Source: Podarcis filfolensis
Taxonomy: Eukaryota
Strand: one strand, 5' to 3'
Length of the DNA: 64,000 nt
Assembly (NCBI GenBank): GCA_964270895.1
Contig: OZ185440.1
Of this stretch, positions 28,201-41,600 are shown piece by piece. The number at the start of each line of letters is the position of its first letter. The first letter of the stretch is position 1. The notes below the pieces were generated by a model. It saw nothing but the letters and a program-made list of their open reading frames with translations. It was not told where the DNA came from and did not search any database. Made by a program: the position numbers and the translations under genes.

Positions 28201-30232
28201 GATTCCAGTGGTGCATCTACACAACCCTGGCCTGGCCACCTCGATTAAGTGGCAATGACTCCACCACAAGGCTACTGGTGAGGTTCTGCCCCACTGAGTA
28301 ATCAGTTGGTTTAACTAAGAACTTGCCACTGTGCATCTGAAAGACAAAATGTCTACAAAAGCCCAGAGTTATGCCTTGCTGCAGATGATCAAGGACTAGA
28401 CTCTAGGGGGCATCTTGCCCCTTACTTCTGTTCAGGAAATTCCAGGGCAGGATGAAACGTCTAAAAGTTGTAAGAAAGTATAAAGTGTGGCACCTATACC
28501 CACTAGCACTGGATCCTAAGGTCCCTAGAAGTGGCTCTATCCTTTAGCCTGGACAAATGTTTGCAAAGCCAAAACACCGTAACTGCTTGAAAGCTTTTTC
28601 TGGAACAGCAGCACTCAGACGGAGCACCGTCACCATGTTAAGCCTGCCTATACCACTTTAGCTATGGCCCTGCAATACTCTGGTGGAGCCGGGTCTAGGC
28701 TGCCCTTGAGTTTCAGAGTCAGCTGGCGTACAGCTGAATATGCTGTTAATGTAACTTTGATCCTACGAATACCTTTCTATTTTCACCAATTATCAGGAGC
28801 ATTTTTAAAATGCATGCTTGCCTCCCAGCAACTTGCTACCTAATTAACTGCAAATAATTCCATTCTGCTCTGTCTGAATAATTTTGAAAGCCATGCAAAG
28901 TTTCAGAGTGGTGGCATCTTGCACACCAGTGCTATTTGGTGGGCTTTGAGTTTATACTAAAGGTCTTGGAGATACCTGATATCTTCTTTGAAAGCAGGGG
29001 TGGCTCACCTGGTTGCAGGGAGGCACAGCAATAACCTTTCAGCAGTGAAGTCACTGATGCTTATCAGGAAAAAGTGAAGAGGAAGCGAGGGCAGGGCAGG
29101 GCAGGGCAGATACATTGGCGGACAGACCTGACCTCACTGCTGCTTCAGCCCTCATATTGGCTGTGATTCTGCAGCCTTCAGCTTCCCCTTTTATTTACAA
29201 ACTTTTCAAAGTTCTGAAGAACTCTAAAGCTTGCACACTATTTTGTGACACTTTGGTTGGCCTGCATATAGATGTATACTAGTGCAATTTAGAGGACAAT
29301 AAGGCTGTACTCTTATACCTACCTTTCTGGAAATAAGCTCTATTGAACCCAGTGGGGCTTACTCCTGAGTAGACATGTCTAATATGAACATATTGTTTAT
29401 CAAAAACATTATACCTAGGAAGCGTTATATGTGTAACAGGTTAGTATGTTCAAAATGCTGCAGGAAGAAGCATAAGTCTATCACAACTGGCCATTTTATT
29501 TTGTGATTGCCTGTGATAAAAGCTATTAAGAGCAAAAGTTTATTTATGAATGCCACTAAGCAGGGAATAAGGTATTTTTTTAAGTTCCTAGGTGCAAATT
29601 CCTCAAATTTTGGATGACTCAGAAACCAAGTGATTTTCCTCACCTTGTTACTAAGCACAGATGTGGTCTTTGTGAATTAACTAAGCAGCATTCTTCATTT
29701 TCTGTTTCAATCTGAAGAGCTATTTCTAACCAATTATTCACCCCTGGGAAACCGAGTGGTCAAGTGCTTTATTTTAAGTCACCCCCAAATACACTGATGA
29801 AAACTAACTAAGCTACTAAAAGTCATCTAAAACCTTAAAAGACGATGGTGATGAGGGCCTGTGGACTGGAACAATGAATTCTACAAACTAAATACAAAAT
29901 GTCACACAATGAAAAACCAGGATTGTTGAAAGATTAAAAGGACAAAGCAATAGAATGCATAGCTCCTTGCTGAATGAGACACAGTGAACACTTAAGACTT
30001 ATACCCCAAAATATTAAAATATAATTCACTCTGAATCAAAACACAGCCACGCTCCTTCTTCACATTGACTCCTAGGCAATCAAAACCACTTTAGACCAGA
30101 CTAAGGTAGCTAATCTTCGTTTACTCTCTATCCAAAACCTTCAGGCACTTGAAACAGCAACTCTATCCATATAGCACACCCTGATGGCTAGGGGCGCCAT
30201 GGTTAAAGTCCAAGCCCATTGGTGCACTTTCA

Positions 30233-30469
<237 letters not shown>

Positions 30470-30932
30470 TTAAAGGACAAATTAAATTGCATACAACAGC
30501 AAGCTTGAAGGTTCACTTTTATTTATGATTGTCTTTGGGGGCAAAGGGTGGCCATCACTGGCGTGAAAAAATATATATTAAGATGCATCCAAATATATAT
30601 ATTTTTAAATCTCTGAGGGAAACTTGCTGACATGTTATTAATTAGCATTCTTATTAGGCCCTATTCTTTACATTTTTTCAAACTACAGTAGGTGCAATGC
30701 TTAGATTTTATATATACATTTTTATATATACATTTTAAATAGATTGTTCTGGCTTATGGACAGGTGTTGAATATGTCTCATAAACTGCCCAGAGTTTTGA
30801 AACCACGGAGGCTGAACACCAAGAGTAGATCTGCCTCCTGCCCACAGGTTCCTGCTTCTGTTAAACCCTTGAGTGAGAGTGAGGTGAAATGTACATATAT
30901 CCTGGCGGCAAGGGTAGGAAAGTTCTGGGAAT

Positions 30933-31111
30933 ATGCGCAAAACTGAGACAGTGTTTTGGGAACTGGGTGGGTGGACTGGATGAACGCCTTGAAGAGTTCC
31001 AGATGTTTCTGCAGCGTTAAAGGATTCTGAGTTACAAACAGCATCCATTTCCCATTGTGTGGGAGATTTTTTTATTTATAAAATTTAAAGAGCCTTTTAG
31101 TGTTGCGCAAC
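30933..31111. promoter_or_regulatory. Candidate regulatory element: two C/EBP-type sites plus a minus-strand TATA
   Basis: GTTGCGCAAC palindrome 31102-31111, ATGCGCAA 30933-30940, TATAAAT (minus strand) 31080-31074. Motif match only. Confidence 0.3.
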
Positions 31112-31247
31112 CTGAATGGTATTTTATAATATTGAAATTGTTCGTTTGTTTTAAAACTTACCACTAATAGAGGCTTTCACTGGAAAAAAGATCTTTCACA
31201 GAAGTGAAGACCCTTTTCTGACATTGTATCATCAGGGTTGATACTCA

Positions 31248-31393
31248 TAAGGAGCATAGGAAACTACACTATGCCAGGACAGATTATTTGTCCATTCATC
31301 TCATAATTGCCTCCTTTTAACTGGAGAGGTCAGGGGCTGAACCTTAGACTTCCTGCATGCAAAATGTGTGCTCTGCCACTGAGCTATGGTCTC
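31248..31393 (-). mobile_element. Squam3-like tRNA SINE
   Basis: Reverse complement head agagaccatagctcagtggcagagcacacattttgcatgcaggaagtctaaggttcagcccctgacctctccag; tail ...cctatgctcctta. Confidence 0.7.
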
Positions 31394-31429
31394 TGCTCAT
31401 ATAAATGATACGACTGATGGGGTTCTAGC

Positions 31430-31605
31430 CAATGCTGATGTCCTGCTACTTGCACAGTGGACGTTCTCTCCTCCAGCCCCATCCCATACACCCTCAAAAT
31501 CTGCTCCAGAGGGTTTGGGGACCACCCCCTGAGCAGATTTTAGGGGGGCTTGGGGAAAGGAGAGGAAGGGAAGTTCCACTCGCCGAGTGTTGGATACAAA
31601 CCATT
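31430..31605. mobile_element. Hairpin-containing dispersed element (MITE-like)
   Basis: Central inverted repeat aaaatctgctc...gagcagatttt flanked by C-rich then G-rich arms. Confidence 0.5.
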
Positions 31606-31829
31606 AATTTTTACGTTGGTTTAATATCAAGTCTGTAGTCTGTACTTCGTGCATACAATTTATCCATAATAAATGAATGTTCCGTTTAAAAGATCTTTTA
31701 TAAACAGAGGCTACAGACAATGCACTCTTCTCATCTTTGGTGTCTATATGCACAAGCACATAGTTATACAAAAAGAGAGAGGCAGCATTATCAGAACAGA
31801 AAATCAGTGAGGTAATTTAAAAAGTAGAC

Positions 31830-31991
31830 TCCTTCCAAGCAATGAGAATCCTGTATTATTACTGTATTCTTTATAATACACATGCTGCTGGGATGAACTG
31901 AGAGTAACTCCCAGATAAATATGCACAGGATTGCAGCATGCATATTATAACAAATACATTAAAAGGACAGGATTCTCATTGCTTGAAGGGA
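31830..31991. repeat. Fold-back: 59-bp inverted arms (31830-31888 / 31933-31991), 44-bp spacer
   Basis: Ungapped hand alignment gives 49/59 identities. Confidence 0.9.
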
Positions 31992-32762
31992 CTTTACCTC
32001 TGAGTAGACATGAATAGGATTGTGTTGTTAATACCTTTTATGGTTTTCCTTTCAAACTGTTGGCATTTCCTAACTCTACTACTATATTAACTGATGTGTT
32101 GGATTTTATTGTTTTAAATTACTAAATTACAAAAAGTTCTAAGGCCATAGTTGCTCAACCTCACACAAGGCAATTCTAATCACAACCTATGTAGTGACAG
32201 AAAATATCAACTGTTCTCCTTGGGGTTGCTAATTGGCCATATTAGCTAAGTTTTAACAGTGTCATCCTATGCAGTGCATGTTTACTTGGAAGTAAGACAC
32301 AGTGTTCAAAGAGGCTTGCTTTCAAGTAAGTGTGTTCAGGATTACAGTGTAAATGTGGTCAAGAAGAGCAATTCATATTGAGACTGCTGAATTACAGAAA
32401 CATGAGGTCAAGTGTTCATGGCCAAAGATTTCTGATGGGCACCAGACTGGGGAAAACTTATTTGAATGATAGCTGGTATAGCATAGTGGCTAAAATATAG
32501 TCCTATGCACATTTACCTGGAATTAAGCTCCAGTGAACAGAGTGGGACTTCCTTTGGGGGGGAGGGGCATGCAGAGAATCGTGTTGCATGAATACTTATC
32601 AAGAAGGCGCTTTCAAATACCACCACAACTCAGTAGGGGGTCTCAGCCCCTGGCTACTTTATTGGAGCTGATGCGTTTTCTTTCTGAGTTGTAAGAACTG
32701 CTAAGATAATGTATGTGACATGATAAGTATTTAATACTGAATATTCCAAATTACATACACGT

Positions 32763-32872
32763 TGGTCCAAATCCAGAGGAAGCTAGTTTCATTGCAATGA
32801 TGGACATAAATTAGTTGCCCAGTTGATTTCAATGACATTTAAGCACAACAAACTTATTCTGAATTTGGACCA
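32763..32872. mobile_element. approx. 110-bp palindromic dispersed element
   Basis: Termini tggtccaaatcca / tgaatttggacca (12/13 inverted match); related copies near 15706-15800, 16740-16858, 22445-22540, 33657-33766. Confidence 0.6.
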
Positions 32873-35500
32873 CTAATATAATTTAGTGCAGGATTTTAAA
32901 GTAAAGTATAAAAGTGAAAACTGAAATCTCTTACAACCATCTCATAATAATATGTATTAAATGAGGTGGCTTTTTTAAAAAAAGTGTTTGACAGCTTGTA
33001 TGACATACTTGACTTCAGGAATAATCTATTAATTAAATGTAAGTGGTGGCACCCATTAGATCCAAAAATATGACTGCTTCATCATTCAGGAGAACATGAA
33101 GAACATAAATTTTGAGAATTTAATTTAAATGTTTAGAGGGACTGAACAAGAACTGCTAATTTCTAAAAGCATATTTTAGGGCCTAGTGAATGGTCTTTAG
33201 CAGAATCTGATGCTGCTGTATGACTGTAGCTAAAGAATTGGGGACCTAATAATTTCTCTGGATAAGAGATCACTGAAAGTACCAAGTGTGTACAGTATAT
33301 AAACAACATTATTATTAATAAATATTTTGTCCTTTAAGAGGGGAAAGGTATGGAAGACAAGTTAGATGTTGCAAAGCAAATAGTATCATTCACATTTTAT
33401 GGTGCATGAGCATGGTGCTCTGTATAAGCAGCAGAACTGAAACATTCTCTGAATGGGTTAATAAAAGCAGGAAAAGAGCTTGCATGCAAGGTCTAGGAAC
33501 AAGCCAAAATAAACCTAGTTTTTTCTAAAATGATCACAGCCACATGACATTATTCTTAAGACAGCAAAGATTGTCAGTATTTGCAATTAAAAAATAAACT
33601 TAAAACCAAAATGCTAGTTTAGCACATCTTATGGTAATGTTCCTGATATCATGTGGTATCTGACTAATACGCAGAGTAAACTGAATGAAATCAATGGACA
33701 TAACTTAGCCTTGACTAACTTAAGTCCATTTTACTCAATGGACTCTGACTATGACTAAGTCAGATAACTCCCACAGCCTGCATATTTCTGAGAATATCCT
33801 CTTTCATTTAGTTATAGTGGCAATTTATAAATGTACTTGTGTTCCTGTACTAGTCTACATCAAATTAAGCATCCATTACTCTTTGGGATGCATACTGCAG
33901 TGGCAACTACAGGGCATTGGATTCACAAATGGATTAGCATTGTTTGGAGGCGGCTACGTGCCTTTGCAATTCATCTAGTCCTGAAGCATATGGGGGCACC
34001 AGAATATTAGCTCAATGGGCACCCAATGGTTTTCTTGTAAAGCAATCTAATGGTACAACCCATGCCTACAGTGCTTTAATGTAACATTTTAAGAAGAGTA
34101 CATATGAATGTTAAAGCACTTTCAGCCACTTACAATGTTCTAACTGCCCTAGTGTGAAGGTACCTTAGAAGCATTTGGACTCCCATGGTTTTATCTTCTG
34201 TTAATATTTAGTGGTAGAAGTAATGGGAAACACACTTCACTAATGTAAAATGAAAGTTATATGTTTTTAAAACAATTTCAACGGCTGGAACTTTGGGTTC
34301 CTGTGTTTTTTAATTCTGTTTTTTCATTGAAATGCACAACCATTTGTCCATATCAGTTCTCACTTGATCTAAATTAAACTAGCTATGTTTCTCAGCCTCA
34401 CAATGTCAATAAAAAGAACAAAATAATTTTATTTCAAGAAAACAATGCGTTCCTTACTCTATTTTTAGTTAATAGTTTAAATATAATATACAATAAAAAG
34501 AAAATTTAGACAATACTGATCTTGATGGGTGTACACATATGAATTTTGTATTACTATAAGTTGGAGCATTTTTTCCAAATTAAAGCTGTCTAAATTTTCA
34601 TTCATGTGTCATTTCCCTAAGTATAAAGCTATTTTGTTCATTCCAACTCATGCATGTCATGTCCATCCACCAAATGCACAAATGCAAGCAAAAATGGAAT
34701 AATAGGTTAGTGGAGTCATGGAATAGATGATGAAGTCTCCCAGGAAGGCCTTTCAGAATTCTGCAGTTCGCAAACCTCCAACCCAACTTAGTAGTGTGGG
34801 TGCAGGAATATTTCATATTCATCATCTTCTATGGATCAGCAGAGCAGCACAATAGTTTAAAATCCTGAACCTCCTTGTATTCGCTAGTCAGGAAATATCA
34901 ATGCTTCCTATTACATAATAGGAAAAGATCCATGGGCATTCTCCAAATACAGTAAATGAGAGAAAGCTGTATATGAATTCTGTTCACAATATCTGTCTGC
35001 TAAGTGGATAACTTTACACATTTTCCCAAGCTGAAGAACAGTTCTGCTAAGGGTAAATCATCCATCACTACCAAAAATGACAACGTCACAATGTCTATTC
35101 TCTTCCCAAAGGTAATACAAAGATTGGGGGGTGGGGGGGTGGAATTCAGTGTATTTCTAGATGCTAAATCCAGTATCACTCTAGAACTATTATTTTTATT
35201 ATTTATTAAATTTCTATACCACCCTTTATCCAAAGATCACAGGGAAGTGTACAATATAAAAACACAAAAATGCATACCATAATAACAACCAAAAACAACA
35301 CCTCTCCGGTTTAAAATGCCATATATTGATTAATTAACCACCTCAGAATACCTTTTTAATCATGATACAGCACAGTTCCATGTTTGCTATACGAATGAAA
35401 GTTACTGACTACTAATGTCAACATAAATATGGGCAGTATTGATAGGCAGTATTGATCAACAGGAGGAATATATGCAAAGGATGAAGGAATGTAGCCTAAA

Positions 35501-35802
35501 CCAATGGTTCCCAACTTTCTTGAGTATGAGGAGCCCCTTTTTAACCCTTCCTCCAAATTTTGCTGACCCCCTGCTCCTGTTTGACCCGCCAGAGACACAA
35601 CAGGAGTCTCTCTTAAAGCTCTTTGAAAAAAAAGTGGTATTTAAAGCAGCCTCCCTCTTCTTCTTTAAACATAACTCATTTAAAGGAGGGGAGTAGCTAC
35701 TCCAATGGGACTTAAAGCGCCTGCCTTTTGAAGAAGCCTCCCCCCTCCCTTAAATGAGTGGACCCTCTAAGGGGCAGGTGCCCCCAGCTTGGGAACCATT
35801 GG
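35501..35802. mobile_element. approx. 300-bp hAT(Charlie)-like MITE
   Basis: Perfect 14-bp inverted termini ccaatggttcccaa / ttgggaaccattgg; partial 8-bp TSD gcctaaac / gcctctat. Confidence 0.75.
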
Positions 35803-37754
35803 CCTCTATACTATATCAATTATAGAGGGGCTCTCTAAACAATCTATAAGAAAACCTATCTGCACCAGAAAAATTGAATGCCATAAAAGAAAGAACAAAA
35901 TAAAAATAAATTTCAAAAACAATGCCATATGCTAACATAAAGTTAATTTAATTATTAGTTAAGCAAAATCTATCAATTATCAGGTGGGCCTTACTCGCAT
36001 AAGATAGGTGTGATTGTTAGAACATTTTTAACAGCTGTCTGTCCAGCTTCTGCTTGAATGTGTATATGAATCAGTAATACAAAGTTGCGTGGAGGATTGT
36101 TTTGACCCATAGATTCTTGGCCTCTTATTACTTTTATCTACCATATGAACATTACAATAACCATTGTGCAATGAAAGTAAAAAATAGTAACCAAACCTAT
36201 TACACCATTTATTCAACTATACACATCAACCAAAATGTTGAACCTTCTTTTTCTTTCTTAAAACACCTAATCTATTTACCGGGCTCTAACAACGGTTAAC
36301 AACTATCTCAGCACTCAACTGATGCCACTACGCATGATAACTGAATTCATCACAATCATTATTTTAAGAAACATAAAGTTGAATAATTAAAACATGCGAA
36401 TGGCATATAAAAGAGAAATAAAATTGTTTTCTAGTTCTCTTAAAAAAACACCTGTGCATGTTAGCAGCTTCCTTTTGGAGCAGCTACTGAAAGACCTTTT
36501 CAAGAAGCATCAGCATTCTTGCTAGCCTTCTCCCCAACGGTTCCTAGGTATTACTACAACACATGAAATGTCTTTCATTCATTCATTGAGAGCTTCTCCT
36601 CCTGCATTTACAACCATTTTGCTTCATTTTTATTAAAGCTAAACAATCCAAGGTTGGTGGAACCTTCTGTACCCCTCCCCCGCACATACCCCCATCTAAT
36701 TTTATGTCATTAACATTTTCTTCAGATGCTATAGTACCATAACACTTTGTGCCATTATATTCTACAGTTCCTTTTCCTCCGATGTCTTACTGTTAAATTT
36801 CTGGGTGTCTCCCAAAGCCATTTCTGAAACCATGATTGTACTCTACTGGATAGATTACATACAGCAGTAAGAACAAATCATGGCTATTCAGAATACACTG
36901 GTTTATGGAAGCTTTGCAGGTGGAAAATACAATGACAGGCAAATGATACAATCATAAATTCAAACACCATTTACATAGCTGTGTATAAGTCTTTGCCTAT
37001 TATTGGAGCTGAGGCATGAAACTTTTGGAAATCAGTGATCAAAAATAGGCGTATGTTTCAGCCACATCCTTACAAGATGCAAATGGAGTGTAAACTGCAA
37101 GTGAATGAAAGGATTTGAATATGATTCTCTTCTCTATTATTTCAGATACTGACCTTTTAGAGGTTTAAAAATGTTGCAACAATTTCTGCTATACTAATAA
37201 GGACAGATAACCTAAACAAATTCAAGTTTATTTAGAACTACAGCTTTCATTATAGCAACATTTTAAACACATTTTACTTTAGCAAGGAGTCTAGGATAAA
37301 AACATCTGGAGAATTTGTTGTTATGTGAAGCTATTTAATATACATTTTGATTAATGAATGTGTTATATCTCAACAGGATTAAACATAAATCATAATTGTT
37401 CAAAATTAATCTTATCAGCACAGAGATGCACTGTCGGGTGACATGATTTACCAATACTTAGGAGCTCTTGAGGAATGGAGAAAAGGGAACCAGAAAAAAG
37501 AGCAAGTTAGGAGAGAACTACCCAACTGAATCTGCATTAATCCAGGAACCACAAACATGACTGAATTCCTTACTCCATTTGCATAGTTTTCATACTGACT
37601 GACTACACAATCAATAGTTCTGTTATGATGCCAGATCACAAATGGACACATAACTTCTAGTTGTCCCAGTGCATCCCCTTCCTTTCACCATACTCTCTGA
37701 AACCACTTATTGGAAACAACTCTTTGTTTCCTTACTTTAATTCTTTCCCTAGTA

Positions 37755-37980
37755 CAGTGGTACCTCGAGTTACATACGCTTCAGGTTACAGACTCCGCTA
37801 ACCCAGAAATAGTGCTTCAGGTTAAGAACTTTGCTTCAGGATGAGAACAGAACTCGACCGCCGGCGGCACAGCAGCAGCAGGAGGCCCCATTAGCTAAAG
37901 TGGTGCTTCAGGTTAAGAATAGTTTCAGGTTAAGTACGGACCTCCGGAACGAATTAAGTACTTAACCCGAGGTACCACTG
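37755..37980. mobile_element. 226-bp Tc1/mariner(Tigger)-like MITE, TA TSD
   Basis: TIRs cagtggtacctcgagtta / taacccgaggtaccactg; TA at 37753-37754 and 37981-37982; CpG-rich, so relatively young. Confidence 0.92.
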
Positions 37981-38554
37981 TACCATTTTTCAAATGAAAG
38001 TAGCACTGCCTCCTCCATTAAATCCTTCCCTTTTCAGCACTGTGATTCTGATCTGAACCTTACCTAGGTGGCCATAAGACAACAACATTCTAAGTTAGTA
38101 TAAAAGGGGTTGGGAAGTTTCTCTATTTTCAGATAGCGCCTATATAATGCTTAGGCACTGTGTTTCCTAGGTTCCCAACTGCAAGGACTACTGTACCCAA
38201 GACCTTCTGAAGTATTGCTCCTTGATCTACCACTTTCCCCTTTTGAACAGTGTGCCTTAAGCCACATCAGGTACAGTAACTTCATCCCAAAAGATGCACT
38301 CCTCCATTGTCTCCTAAGACAGATGGACGGCAACAAGCGTGCCTTCTAGCTTGCAAAATTCTTGCCTTGCACACCTTTCTGACTGCTCATGGTTCTGTAC
38401 CTATATAGTTTGAGTAGTTTGCTCTTCCTGCTTGCAGCCTTGATCTATTACTTCCATTCATTCTTGCATCTCCCCAGATAATTTTGCCTTGGCTTGTCCT
38501 GAGCCACCTGTCCTGTTCATTTGGAATGGTTTTGACTCCTGTCTCTCCCTAGAA

Positions 38555-38681
38555 CAGGAATGGGGAACCTGTGGCCCTCCAGATGTTTGGGGGCACAACT
38601 GCCATCAGCCTTAACTAGCATAGTCAGGGATGATGGGAGCTGTTTTCCAGCATCTGGAAGGCCACAGGTTTCTCATCCCTG
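38555..38681. mobile_element. 127-bp hAT-type MITE
   Basis: Approx. 30-bp TIRs caggaatggggaacctgtggccctccagatg / catctggaaggccacaggtttctcatccctg; TSD ccctagaa / ctctacaa (6/8). Confidence 0.88.
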
Positions 38682-41600
38682 CTCTACAACAATGCTTCCC
38701 AAACTTCAGAAGGTTCGCATTTATCACAGCACAGCAGCAATATTATTGTAGCACTTTTTTGTGTACTGATGAGTTATTTCAGTTTCCCTATCTTACATAG
38801 GTAAAATGTTGCATGGTTGGTGACTTTGTCTGTTGCATGCCTTCTTGGAGGACCACTTCTGTATGTATACTTCTATCAGGTGCCCAAAAAGTGTAGAGAG
38901 GGGCCGAGCCAGAGTGTGAATTTTTTTTACATAACATTAACTGGTATTACTGCATAGAGGTATGGAGGAATTTTCAAATGAATCACTAAGAGTAACATAA
39001 ACTGTCACAGGAAGAAAAGAAACAACACAACTTTCTAATAGCTAACCTCTGTTTCTTGTACAGTGATTATATATTGACTTTATGGAAACTTAAAAAGTGG
39101 AACTGTGTTTGATAGTGGACCCCTATAACTTTATTTAAAGCAAAAATTAGAAAGCGATCAAAACGTTTTATAGAGGAGAACAAGAATATAATGCTAAGCC
39201 TCTTAAAATTGCCTGAACTGTGAAATCAAGTAATGAACACTAGAAAAGGTTCTGTCAGCTGGAATCAAAACTTAGGCCAGTCAGCATTTTCACCTAAACC
39301 CTTATTACAGCAGGGCATTTGATTTTTCATCTCTACATTCTGTTCTGCCCAACAAATAAACCAACTTGACCTCTACCTGTTACTTTGAGAAGTCTGCCTA
39401 TCATCTTTTAACTCGATCCTTTCCCCTCAAAGCCTTCTGAGCTACTCTGAAATGAAAGGAGATGTCAAACCAGACGTGACTTTGATCATGTTTTCGGATC
39501 TGATGCTTGAGTCCTGTGTTTCCTTTACAAAAAGCAGCTGTTGGGGGCCCTGATCTGGTTGGAGAGTGGAACAAGGGAAATTTAGCTCTTTTCCCCATGC
39601 CATTTTCCATCTGAGAAGCACCGCACCTAAAGCAACTATTTGCTGCAAATTTTAAAATTAAGGTTTGAACAAAGAGTATCTATTCCCCCTTACCCATGCC
39701 ACTTCCACATTGTTCTGGAAGGAAAGCAGATTTTTTTCCCACGGTGTGTGAAAAGGGTTGCAGGGAGGAGAGGTAATCAGCAAAAGCTGCCTTGCTTCCC
39801 TTCCATGAGCATAACTCAACTCACTGGATCTATGCATCCGATCCAATGCCATTTAAAATAAGTAAATCAGGGCAAATGAAAGCCCCAGGTGTGTGTGGGG
39901 GGGGAGTAGGGAAAACAAAGATTAACCCTTCATGGACCCAAATGTATCTGGAAGCCCCCACTGCCATTGCCCCCACTTGTAACTAACAGAATGATAAATA
40001 TATAAACAACCTTATGTAATACAGTGATTTTGTTAACCTAATATATCACGCAGCCACACAAATAAGTGACAATATGAAAAAATAAGAATGCTTTTCTCAT
40101 ATTAAATGGTACATTATACAAACCCAAAGAACTGTAGCTGTCACTACTACAAGTACGGTGTCCTGACAAAAGAAGTGTAAGAAGCTTTCTAACACAAAGG
40201 CATATCAGGAAAAGCTCTTTTCTGTAAAGTTGGAGTTTTCCTACTGATTAATGCTACATTCAACAAAAGAGACACTGTCTGCCTAATTAAGTTAAATACT
40301 TATCTTCAGGGGATTAGCAAGGTGTTTCTGCTCAATGTCACTCTTCCTGACAACCTAATGATAGATCTGTTTACTTAAGAGAGCAATTAGTAATTTTTTT
40401 TACTGTTTTCTTAACTGCCTTCATATCATGAAAATATTTGATTAACACACTCCAGCTTATCTTACACTGAGAGAACATATTCCACATACTTCTTGCTCTT
40501 TCTTCAAAAGGAGCATGACTGCAGCTTGCAGTTATCTTCCAACACCCTCACATTCCACTTCACAAAGCCCAATGAAACCAATGCTGTATTTGTGTTTTAA
40601 TCATTTTACTCTACGTCACAAAAAACTATTAACTAAAGTAAGAAACTAAAACACAAAAACAAGGAGAAATTCAGACTTCTTAAATGGCTCTAAAAAGACA
40701 ACTGATGCCCCTGTTATTCAACAGGGTTAGCAGGATGTGTCCCAAACATGCAAACTAGATCTTTTAAAAGGCACAGAATAAAAAAGAAGAGGTGCTTTAT
40801 ATTTTAAAAAGTGATTTATTTATCAAAACAAGACCTGCCCTGTAAATCTTGAGTGTGTATGACGAAGCCAATCTACGGGTAGAGTTCTTTTTATTGTGAG
40901 ATTGTATTTTAGAATACTGAAGTGGTGCTTACATTTTATTTTCATGATTGTTGGCTGCCTTTGAGGGCCTGTTGGGCCAGAAAAGTCAGCTAAAAACATT
41001 TTGACAAATGTGCAAATAAATAGTGTAACTATGAGAAGTCTTACAATAAAATAGAAATTTAAATATAGGAGAATTCTGCTGCCAACACAGCTGATCTGAA
41101 AAGACAAGTCATTGGGGTTCTATCGTACACTGTTTCTTGCTAATTATGAGAGAACCTTCTACATAAGCCCCAGGATGAAATTTGGGATTGTGTTCAAAAC
41201 CACTTGCCTCAGCAACAATCTAAGAAAAAATAGTGACTGTTTGTTTTTACTTTGGGATACTAAATTCAGCATTTTGAAGTGTAGCAAAGGACAAACAAGA
41301 AAGTATTTCAGATATCAGAGGCAGTATTCTTCAGCAATTTGCTGTCCTAAAATAAAGATGTACTTACATTCTGCTCTACCTATAAGTTTTTCAATTGGTT
41401 TTCAAGGGTACCTGCATTGCAGTATTCCAGTGTGGAGCCCACAAGGGCAGCAGTGATTGTGACACAAGAACTGCATCAGCAAAAAGGGTCATAGACATTC
41501 AGCTAAATTTGTACTTCCAGGGAGGAGGCATGAGTAACTTTTTCCATCTCTTTCACAGCTGGCATTGAAATAGGTTACAAAAGCAGCATCTCTTTGGACC

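Noticed and set aside
30722-31048. 108-aa and 88-aa ORFs as an extra coding exon
   Set aside because: No acceptor/donor pair found that keeps frame between exons 6 and 7; kept only as a regulatory candidate.
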